Below, one piece after another: positions 27,701 through 35,314 of a stretch of 64,000 nucleotides of DNA. Made by a program: the position numbers and the translations under genes. The DNA is taken from IMG/VR virus record IMGVR_UViG_3300022213_000237, positions 64,001-128,000 of that record; one strand, given 5' to 3'. Below the pieces are notes generated by a model. That model saw only the letters and a list, made by a program, of their open reading frames with translations, was not told where the DNA came from and ran no database searches. Source of the stretch: a virus. Numbering within the stretch: position 1 is the first letter of the stretch; each line of letters opens with the position of its first letter.

Positions 27701-30410
27701 TGTCAGCAAAAATTACAATATTCCGTTGTGGCGTAAATCTTCTCCAGTACCTGGCCAAAACTACACCGCCGTAAATTTAGAGCTGCTCGACTCAGATAAC
27801 GGAGACGCAGATTTTTCTGCTGCGTTTGGTGACGACGATGCCTTGTTCTTCCAAGACTGGGCGGTGTTCATGCACGCGCGAGCAAAGTCTCATGGTGGCG
27901 ACGGCGGCTCAGCTCCTCCTGGGTATTCCGATAATAAGGCCCTTTTGTGGAGATATACACTCATGGGAGCGGCAGGTAATCGTGCTACCGTGGCTTACGC
28001 CAACCCCATTGCCGCCAACCAACCCATTACGGCCACAACCAGTAATGGAGCTTTGGCTTCGGTTGAAATTAGATTGCCGAGTGGAGCTGCTCGTGGCGGT
28101 CTCAGTCTTCAAGACAACACCCGCTTTACGACCGCTATTGTGGTTGGTGTACCAGACGATGATGTTACCTATTCGTATAGCGATCTAGTTGCTTCTTACA
28201 CCCGCGTTTCTAATGTCGTTACCGTCACCACCACGGGTAATCACGGTTACGCCGCAGGGGATACTGTTTACACTACCACTGCTGACGTTAACTTCCCTAA
28301 CGGACCCAAAACAATTGTTACCACCCCGGCTGGCAACACCTTTACTTACAATGAGGCGGGAATCAATGCCGGCCCGGTAGCGGGAACTTGCTCGAGTGCG
28401 TCCGCCGCTCCTGACTTTTCAAGTGTAGTTGTTGGTGATGTCGTCAATATCGGAGAAAATACTGGATTCGATGAATCGGCCTTTGGTGCCTTCAGGGTCA
28501 CGGCTAAGACGTCGACCACTTTTACAGTCAAGCGGGTGAGCGGTGAGCAGGTAGCAAATGCAACTCCGGTGTCATTAAATGGAGCAAGCAATTTACAATT
28601 CTATCCAATTGATACGGCCAATAGTAGCGCGGCTCAAATCGCGACATGGGTGAATGCAAATATTCCCTCTATAGTAACCGCAGCGGCGGTAGAGAATGGT
28701 GGCGGTAATCCAGGAATTGGGGTCATTGATAGGTCTACCGAAGCCGAATATCTTGAGGGGTACGGAAATACGACTGCCGGAACTCCTGTCCTGTATTATT
28801 CTCTAGTTGACGGAATAAATTGGGTGAAAGACTGCGATATTACTCTAAGTCCGGCCATCTTTTCGTTTAAGAATGATGTCAATACAGATTTAGTATCAAA
28901 CTCGGATTTTGATAATGAAGAATTCCGTCTCGTTCCTATCTTAGCTAAGGGCATTGTCAATTGCCTCTCAAGTCCAGGCACCAGCGGTTTTTATGCTGGC
29001 AGTGAGGAAAAGCGTTCGAGCCGCGCCGCGTACGTTCAATTAAGCTCTCTAACGGCTGGGTCCGACGGAAGCGTACAGGTTACCGGAGGAACGGCTAATT
29101 CTGTAGGCCCTACGGTAATGGGTTCAGGTTCTCAGGTCGATTCTACTTACACCAAAGTGTCAATACCCGCGACACAGGCAAAGGGTTTGGTTGGAGACCA
29201 GTGGTGCGCTCTTCAAGGTAGTGCGGTACAGCCAAAAGATACGCTACTAACCAGTGCGTCGTCAATTGTTTCTATCCAGCCGGACGGAAATGGTAATTGG
29301 GAAATTAAATTTGATGTGGATCTTTGGAATCACGTACACCAGGATTCTGGTGCTGTTAAATTCCAAATCGACAAAGTCGGCAACTACGCACTCGTTACCC
29401 GCTTCACCGGTACTTTTGGCACGGTTGAAGATGGCATGTGGGTACGTTTCACTTGGACTACGTCTAATTCCGCCAACGCGGGTACCTTTAGAGTTGTGCG
29501 CCAGGTAGATACTACCCACATTTGGATTGAAAATCCTGATGCGGTGGCAGAAACCTTCACGTCTGGGGTATCCGATCAAGTAGAAATTTTCTCTTACGAT
29601 GACATCATGCCCGGCGACACTCTGACCATCGACACGTCAGCATACGGGACCAAGAATCGCGGCACGTTTACAGTAGTAGCGAATTCTGAACTCTCAAACG
29701 ATACTACCCAAGTTAGTATTGCTGGCGACATGGAAGCGTATACGGGGCCCACAGTGCTAGGAGGTAATGTCCAGCTGATTCGGTTCCTGGAAGCTGAACC
29801 TGTACGCATCATCAAGCGTATTTGGACTATGGGTCAGAATACGAACAGCTCTAGCGTGATGGATGTTATATTTGTTGGTGAGACGCTTGCGAATAAGCTC
29901 ACAAGCTCGGCTGGGGTTTCAATCCAACCTCTAGACAAGTTTGAATTTACCACGGACTTAGTTGCTGGTGCAGACGCTTACAGCTACGCAGTAGGTCTTA
30001 TCGGCGAAGTCAATAGAGTTGCTTACGGAGATCCAGCTAACCCATCGGTCTATCCTGGTGTTGTTGCAGCCGGCGCTCAAGTTAATATCTCAGGTCCACT
30101 CATTAAACGAGTAACCGTCTCTTTGGCTGTGCGTTTGCGAACCGGAAGCGCGGCGTCGGTGGCTTCTGATACTATCAATCGCATCAAGAGCGCGGTAGCT
30201 AGCGCCGTGAACCAGACCCCCATCGGGACCTCAATTGCTATTTCCAGTCTTGTCTCGGCTGCTCAAGGTGTTGATGGCGTGACCGCTGTTACTGTTCTCA
30301 GTCCTACTTATGCCTCCGGCAACGACTTAATCGCTGTGGGGTCAAACGAAAAACCAAGAGTCTTGGATCTGGACAATGACGTTCTTGTCGTAACTGTCGG
30401 AGGACAGTAA
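24786..30410 (+). CDS. Giant baseplate-J-like wedge protein (1874 aa)
   Basis: N-terminal ATGLALD..ASTG..CQQPGTIGNVIAGAI..ENDNSLRERI..RGT; C-terminal IKSAVASAVNQTPIGTSIAISSLV..VDGVTAV. Confidence 0.88.
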   Translation: MAGEIPTPRSYQSLLGDMIDGFLSRFGLRGLRVGGPILSILEDAAQSDLRGSQDIFNLLDATDIDRATGLALDRKALDEDLSRFPIKASTGFLTIIDNSFTKISSKVYPGAAAPNAGTTVLKVSDASDFPSTGQVYIGRNTSNFEGPLSYTSPVAAGTYWTITLTSPTLRFHDVNETVTVAQGGDRVVAAGTIVRTSLNNVGPSVNYSITNPATLVDGETEIDGVSIICQQPGTIGNVIAGAISEFSSPPFVGATCTNPLPIDNGQPTENDNSLRERIKATRQSRARGTPLALITNAKGVVAPDENKSVVSANVFQPEGEPAILFIDDGTGYEEVDESVALDVIVDEALGGEQYLKLSTTLLPVTQAFVTSTSTTPFAISPGAKLAIKVAGVLSEHTFENSEFRNISNATAYEVVSAINGDPDLLFSARTANNGTKVVLFARTDSNEDIEVVTPDTGIDANTYFNYPVGTNYTLRLYKNDQLLFKDGKTAIVVSAPQSNWSPTIASGVYLKLKVDSTPAMVYKIVDADFINAGTAYTTVDKDNSLESWASVLNSRIPGIDCTVSAGRLQLVSNRGASGVAAITISQPSGGDKDTDGVTVVNPSNNLVQKGVFTSTIGLTASGRNNDYTLNRNTGELKLSVPLAEDDVLSAGTLFTRAYIQSDEIASGVITLASNANLFFVVDGDASIVSTGLTAATELDLTNPAGERRRYATNPSVAIFQNVQVGDWLALWDPAFTVRGAWRVSFVDPAFTYFEVERNVAHVNELGIAPAANGMVFVRTAAPLQQVVVSSGANRLLSSIATDITDGLEGATASAYRSTYLRVTTDTFGSNGSIFLATADTVGQQLLLPRGTLKVNSTNHLPAIESANREAGTPNFTLGTISTLPGTLGTQLTQAGATLDIGGLIYWPRRLYGTNGGFGNLVDQWTPIDSVAAGTYDLRKTMAGAALSDPIISVSPYSISYEDNLSVILDRQDVSKNYNIPLWRKSSPVPGQNYTAVNLELLDSDNGDADFSAAFGDDDALFFQDWAVFMHARAKSHGGDGGSAPPGYSDNKALLWRYTLMGAAGNRATVAYANPIAANQPITATTSNGALASVEIRLPSGAARGGLSLQDNTRFTTAIVVGVPDDDVTYSYSDLVASYTRVSNVVTVTTTGNHGYAAGDTVYTTTADVNFPNGPKTIVTTPAGNTFTYNEAGINAGPVAGTCSSASAAPDFSSVVVGDVVNIGENTGFDESAFGAFRVTAKTSTTFTVKRVSGEQVANATPVSLNGASNLQFYPIDTANSSAAQIATWVNANIPSIVTAAAVENGGGNPGIGVIDRSTEAEYLEGYGNTTAGTPVLYYSLVDGINWVKDCDITLSPAIFSFKNDVNTDLVSNSDFDNEEFRLVPILAKGIVNCLSSPGTSGFYAGSEEKRSSRAAYVQLSSLTAGSDGSVQVTGGTANSVGPTVMGSGSQVDSTYTKVSIPATQAKGLVGDQWCALQGSAVQPKDTLLTSASSIVSIQPDGNGNWEIKFDVDLWNHVHQDSGAVKFQIDKVGNYALVTRFTGTFGTVEDGMWVRFTWTTSNSANAGTFRVVRQVDTTHIWIENPDAVAETFTSGVSDQVEIFSYDDIMPGDTLTIDTSAYGTKNRGTFTVVANSELSNDTTQVSIAGDMEAYTGPTVLGGNVQLIRFLEAEPVRIIKRIWTMGQNTNSSSVMDVIFVGETLANKLTSSAGVSIQPLDKFEFTTDLVAGADAYSYAVGLIGEVNRVAYGDPANPSVYPGVVAAGAQVNISGPLIKRVTVSLAVRLRTGSAASVASDTINRIKSAVASAVNQTPIGTSIAISSLVSAAQGVDGVTAVTVLSPTYASGNDLIAVGSNEKPRVLDLDNDVLVVTVGGQ

Positions 30411-30412
30411 TT

Positions 30413-31522
30413 GTGGCCACCTGGAATTCAGTCGTAAGCGGTACGGGCGAAGATTTATATAGCGTCTGGGGTGCTTCCGCAAATGATGTATGGGCAGTGG
30501 GTACAAATGGCACCATATTACACTGGGATGGAGTAAGCTGGTCTTCGGTTGTCAGCGGTACGGCTGCATCTTTGTTTGGTGTCTGGGGTTTTGCGTCTAA
30601 CGACGTATGGGCCTGCGGCACTGGTGGCACCATATTACACTGGGATGGAGTAAGCTGGTCTTCGGTTGTCAGCGGTACGGCCTCAACGCTATTCCGTATT
30701 TGGGGTATTGCCGCTAACGACATCTGGGTTACCGTCCTTGGGTTTGACGCCAATGTTTATCATTGGGATGGTGTATCGTGGTCTGCTGTTCCTGCATTTA
30801 CGAATACAATTAGCGTCTGGGGAGCAGCATCTAACGACGTCTGGATGGGCAGCAGTGGTGGTAAAATTTACCATTGGGATGGCGTGAACTGGTCTCTGGA
30901 TACTACCATAGGAGCCGCCACCGAATACCTTCGACGTATGCATGGTCAAGGACCTAACGACGTCTGGGTTTCCGGAAGTCTTGATATTACCAATACAACC
31001 GGTTTAGTCTATCACTGGGATGGCGTGAACTGGACGTCCTCCTACGCATCACCTGTGCCGCCAGGATCTCTTGAAGGTGTCTGGAGTTTTACCGCCAACG
31101 ACGTTTGGGCCTCTTCAACCGATGGTTATGTCGTGCACTGGGATGGCGTCAGCTGGACACCAGACAACATTTCGGCTCTACAACTAAAAGGTATTTGGGG
31201 TTTTGCCGCCAACGACGTTTGGGTAGTGGGCTCATCTGGAGAAATATTACATTACACAGATGTAGTTAGCCCTCTTACCTTAGTTCATGCTCAAGCTCCA
31301 GATACTAGGCACGTGGACGTAATCTTCTCATTGCCTGTGGTTGAGCCCGAGGCTTTACTTCCCGAAAATTACGAAATCACTGGGGCCGGCGGGTTAACGG
31401 TTTCGGCGGTGACTAAAAACAGTGCCACAAGTTACAGACTCACTACTGAACGCCATGTTCCCGGCGGGGCCTATACCGTTACAGCCTCCAATATTCATAG
31501 CCTCGACGGGGATCTAATCTAA
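30413..31522 (+). CDS. Beta-propeller protein (xVWGxxxNDVWxxGxxGxIxHWDG repeats) with C-terminal Ig-like domain
   Basis: About 7 repeats of roughly 39 aa; within the baseplate operon. Confidence 0.85.
   Translation: MATWNSVVSGTGEDLYSVWGASANDVWAVGTNGTILHWDGVSWSSVVSGTAASLFGVWGFASNDVWACGTGGTILHWDGVSWSSVVSGTASTLFRIWGIAANDIWVTVLGFDANVYHWDGVSWSAVPAFTNTISVWGAASNDVWMGSSGGKIYHWDGVNWSLDTTIGAATEYLRRMHGQGPNDVWVSGSLDITNTTGLVYHWDGVNWTSSYASPVPPGSLEGVWSFTANDVWASSTDGYVVHWDGVSWTPDNISALQLKGIWGFAANDVWVVGSSGEILHYTDVVSPLTLVHAQAPDTRHVDVIFSLPVVEPEALLPENYEITGAGGLTVSAVTKNSATSYRLTTERHVPGGAYTVTASNIHSLDGDLI
30508..30681 (+). repeat. Perfect 57-bp direct repeat (30508-30564, 30625-30681)
   Basis: tggcaccatattacactgggatggagtaagctggtcttcggttgtcagcggtacggc twice, period 117 nt. 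Confidence 0.9.
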
Positions 31523-34500
31523 TGCCATCGTCAACAACATTTACCGGCGCTTCCTTCGCCCTCCTCAGCGTATCTCAACAAGCCCCGGCGGCGCTGCGTC
31601 TTAATTTTACAGATGAGCCTTTGCAAGCGAGTTCGTCCGGTGCCAATGACGGTCTCAATCCTCTAAACTATTCACTCAGTGGGCCCGCTATCAACAGAGT
31701 GAGCAGCGTGCAGACTATTGGTGGAGAACCCCAGTCTCTGTATTTAATTCTCGCCGCCCCCTTGATTCCTGGGACCTGGGAAATATCTGTTTCGAACGTT
31801 GAGACACCTTTGGCGGTTGGTCTTAATAGCCCTTCGGCTCTAACTTTTACGGCTTCAGCTTTATCCTCAATTCCACCGCTTTCGCAAGGCAGTATTAACG
31901 ACGATGAAGAAACTCTGCTTCGTAAGCACTTGCCTATGTCCATGGTTGGACGCGGCTGGGACGCCTTAATTGCGGGTCTGGCTGTTGGTGACCGGTACCG
32001 AAACCAACAAGCTTTACTTGCCTTTGACCAGTTATTCAAAACAAGCGCGAGCGGTATCTATCTCGATCGACGTGCTGCGGATGATGGATTTACGCGGCCC
32101 CCAGATATTGGAATGGGCGATGATGTTTTTCGTAAGTTGGCAATAAAAACAACTGCGCACAAGCAAATCGTGCAAGTAATGCTTGAGACTCTCGAAGCCT
32201 ATTACGGCAGCGACTCTACCCGCGCTCATATCACCACGACCACAGTCGAACCATGGAATATCGAAGACGGAGACACTCTTTTAGTACAGATAAATAACGA
32301 TGTAGTTACCATTACTTTTAGAGACGACGATTTTTCTCTCCCCACTGGAGCTAAAGCAATTGAAGTGGCAGCGGTTATTACCAGAGAATTAGCACGCGTG
32401 GGAGTATCTGGGTACGCAATACCATTTACCGACCCTACAGTAGGAGCCGCCTTCGTCAAAATCTATTCCGGAGCTTTAGGTCTCTCCGGGGCTGTGCGCA
32501 TTCGTGGCGGAAAAGCTCAAAACGAGCTGTTATTCCCTACAGAAATTCATAATTCTGCCGAAGGTCCTCAGCCAACTACGGCCTTCACCATTACTGAAGG
32601 CACAGACCTCAACGGGATCGAAGCAGGACGGGTACGTTTTATTTTTAATAGCGGTACAAATCCACAACTGGTACGTGTTCGAGCAGGCGATTATGTCAAC
32701 ATTTACGGTCCAGTGTTTGCTGCTGGATTTCGTGGCACCTACGAGGTGACCGACGCTTCTCCAGAGTATTTTGAAATCTCTAACAGCCTGCTTACTTGGC
32801 CGGCGTCGGTGACTTTAACGGATTATAACGATATACGGTTCTATCGTCCTAAACGCTATACCATCCTCTCGGAAGAGAGTTATGCTCTAGCCACTCAAGC
32901 AGACCCACGAGTATTGAATGTACTCTTGCCTGCTACGACCGCTGCCGTTAATCGTGAACGCTTCACCGGAGCGTATCTACACGATGGAGAAGCTCTAGAT
33001 ATCTCGAGCGCTACGAGAGACACCACAGGTACTCTCACTATAAATACCGCATCAAACCACGGTCTTGCGGAAGGAGACTGGATATTTATTGACGGGCTAT
33101 ACCCCACTATTGGTGGTGTAGTCGGACTTGGATGGAATGATGCCGACGTCACAACAGACAGTCTGCCTCACCAAGACTCTGCGTCCATAAAGCTGGCGAG
33201 CGGCCAAGTATTACAATGTGGTGGATACACGGTCGGGCCCGTATCACAAACAGATGCACGACTTTTTGATCCAAGCATAGATACATGGACTGTGGCCGCG
33301 AGTATGAGTATTGCCCGCGCAGGCCACACTCTGACGATGTTAAATAGCGGTAAGATTTTGGTCGTTGGTGGTACCGCATCTAAAATAGCAGAACTTTACG
33401 ACGTCGAAGACGACGTCTGGACCGAGACGGGCAGCACAACCGATTCTCATTCTTACCATACAGCTACCTTATTAGCAGACGGCAAGGTGCTGATTACTGG
33501 CGGAGGAGGAAGTGCCGAGTTATATAATCCGGCAACTGGTACGTGGTCCGTGCTTATGAATCAACCAACGGGACGGACCAACCATACAGCAACTTTGCTT
33601 GGCGACAATCGGGTATTGATTACTGGCGGTGCCGGTGGTGGCGATACTGCCGAAGTCTACAATCACGTCAACGGGACTTGGATGGCGACCGGCAACATGA
33701 CGATTGAGCGCGAAAGCCATGTGGCAATTAAGATGCCTACGGGTACGTCCTCGAATGTGTTAATTGTTGGTGGCGTAGATAGCTTAGCAAATCTTCTTTC
33801 GAGCGCGGAAGTATTTAATCCCGCGACTATGAGTTTTACTGCCATCGACCCCATGGGAACCACCCGCTCTGCACCCGGTATCGCTATTCGTTCCGATAAT
33901 AAAATACTGGTGGCTGGCGGCATATACACTGGTGTATCGGTTTCAGATACAGCGGATCTATATGACCCTATTCGTAATAGATGGACGGCGGTAACTGGTA
34001 CCTTCAACACCGCGCGTTCAAATCCCAACACCATTAATTTGGACGATGGTCGTGTTTTATTGGTTGGTGGCACTGGAGCACAGGCGGTAGCACACAAATA
34101 TACCGGTGCTCCCGTAAACTCCGGTTGTCTCAATGGTTTATTCCGAGTAGATTCAATTGTCGATCCCAATACATTGACGGTACTTACGCCCGACACCGCA
34201 ATAGAAGTGACTTGCGGGGCCGTAGGCACGGTGACTCCTACAACGGCAATAACGGACACCACTCCGGGACCATTTATTTTTGATCCTTCCGGCTTGAGTC
34301 CGGCAATCACCGCTGTTTCTACGACTTTGAACCAACAGCTGGTGATTGGTAACAACTACACCTCCATAACACTGACAGACGCTTCTGAATTTCCGGATCA
34401 ATCTGGATGGTTAGTGTTTGGTCATGGAACCGAATCACAGATTGCACCCGTTAAGTATTTGGGACGTATTTCAAACACCGTTATTTTGCTTGACCCCAGC

Positions 34501-34827
34501 TTTGTCTTACCTGAGACATTAGATATCGGCACTGACGTAACCCTGCTCTGGGGTCGAGGCGCGTTTGAACCAGCTGAGGCTGAGTCGGTGGGCGCGTTTT
34601 ATATTACTGCCGCAGCGGCGGGCAGGATAGCGGCGGCCAAAACCATAGACAGTTTAGTCGCAGCAGGAGTACAAGTCGACAAAACCGTTATCTATCCCTC
34701 CGATGTGGGGTTGGGCAACGCCGGATATCCGATATTAGACACAGTTAAAATCTCAGACAAATTACAAATTTGGGGCGGTGACGATATCGACATTGAAGTC
34801 GAAGACGCTCGGGACGGTAAACACTAA
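31522..34827 (+). CDS. Baseplate/tail protein with inserted Kelch beta-propeller
   Basis: ASGIYLDRRAADDGFTRP..DDVFRK (wedge gpI-like); six Kelch repeats (HTATLLADGKVLITGG..AELYNPATGTW). Confidence 0.85.
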   Translation: MPSSTTFTGASFALLSVSQQAPAALRLNFTDEPLQASSSGANDGLNPLNYSLSGPAINRVSSVQTIGGEPQSLYLILAAPLIPGTWEISVSNVETPLAVGLNSPSALTFTASALSSIPPLSQGSINDDEETLLRKHLPMSMVGRGWDALIAGLAVGDRYRNQQALLAFDQLFKTSASGIYLDRRAADDGFTRPPDIGMGDDVFRKLAIKTTAHKQIVQVMLETLEAYYGSDSTRAHITTTTVEPWNIEDGDTLLVQINNDVVTITFRDDDFSLPTGAKAIEVAAVITRELARVGVSGYAIPFTDPTVGAAFVKIYSGALGLSGAVRIRGGKAQNELLFPTEIHNSAEGPQPTTAFTITEGTDLNGIEAGRVRFIFNSGTNPQLVRVRAGDYVNIYGPVFAAGFRGTYEVTDASPEYFEISNSLLTWPASVTLTDYNDIRFYRPKRYTILSEESYALATQADPRVLNVLLPATTAAVNRERFTGAYLHDGEALDISSATRDTTGTLTINTASNHGLAEGDWIFIDGLYPTIGGVVGLGWNDADVTTDSLPHQDSASIKLASGQVLQCGGYTVGPVSQTDARLFDPSIDTWTVAASMSIARAGHTLTMLNSGKILVVGGTASKIAELYDVEDDVWTETGSTTDSHSYHTATLLADGKVLITGGGGSAELYNPATGTWSVLMNQPTGRTNHTATLLGDNRVLITGGAGGGDTAEVYNHVNGTWMATGNMTIERESHVAIKMPTGTSSNVLIVGGVDSLANLLSSAEVFNPATMSFTAIDPMGTTRSAPGIAIRSDNKILVAGGIYTGVSVSDTADLYDPIRNRWTAVTGTFNTARSNPNTINLDDGRVLLVGGTGAQAVAHKYTGAPVNSGCLNGLFRVDSIVDPNTLTVLTPDTAIEVTCGAVGTVTPTTAITDTTPGPFIFDPSGLSPAITAVSTTLNQQLVIGNNYTSITLTDASEFPDQSGWLVFGHGTESQIAPVKYLGRISNTVILLDPSFVLPETLDIGTDVTLLWGRGAFEPAEAESVGAFYITAAAAGRIAAAKTIDSLVAAGVQVDKTVIYPSDVGLGNAGYPILDTVKISDKLQIWGGDDIDIEVEDARDGKH

Positions 34828-35249
34828 TGACACAACCAAAAGTATTGCGTGGTGCCGATATAAAGGTTTACATCAATGGACAACCCATTGGCGTAGCCAC
34901 TGCCGTTCGTTGGGAAGCTTCAGACGGACGTCACGCCATTTATGGCATTGATCAATATACGCCATTCGAACTCGCGCCCGGACAAACAGAGATTAAAGGC
35001 ACTGTTGAATTGGTACGACTACGTATCGACGGAGGACTTGAGGGTCGAGGTATTCACGCCCCAGAGAGCAAGATCATGCTTGAAAAGTATTTTGCCCTAG
35101 CTTTAGTTGACCGCTCTACCGATACGGCCATACTAGTAGTCGATAATGCTGCTGTAAATCAGCAGAGTTGGCAAGTTATGGCCAAGGGCGAAGTCACCGG
35201 ATCTTTTACCTTCGAAGGAATCGGGTGGACGAACGAAACCGGTCTTTAA
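34827..35249 (+). CDS. Tail tube-like protein
   Basis: KVYINGQPIG..IYGIDQYTPFELAPG..FTFEGI, 140 aa, in the tail operon. Confidence 0.6.
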   Translation: MTQPKVLRGADIKVYINGQPIGVATAVRWEASDGRHAIYGIDQYTPFELAPGQTEIKGTVELVRLRIDGGLEGRGIHAPESKIMLEKYFALALVDRSTDTAILVVDNAAVNQQSWQVMAKGEVTGSFTFEGIGWTNETGL

Positions 35250-35314
35250 ATCATAATCTTACATTCGGAAGGTGGAGCTAAGCGCCCGATTCCACACCAC
35301 TAGGAAATACTAAA

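Noticed and set aside
30508-30681. Direct repeats as a CRISPR array or DGR template/variable pair
   Set aside because: Only two copies, in frame within a repeat protein, no adenine-specific mismatches, no cas or RT gene
30304-30753. Minus-strand ORF with repeated AVPLTTEDQLTPSQCNMVP
   Set aside because: Antisense shadow of the 57-bp repeat in the propeller gene
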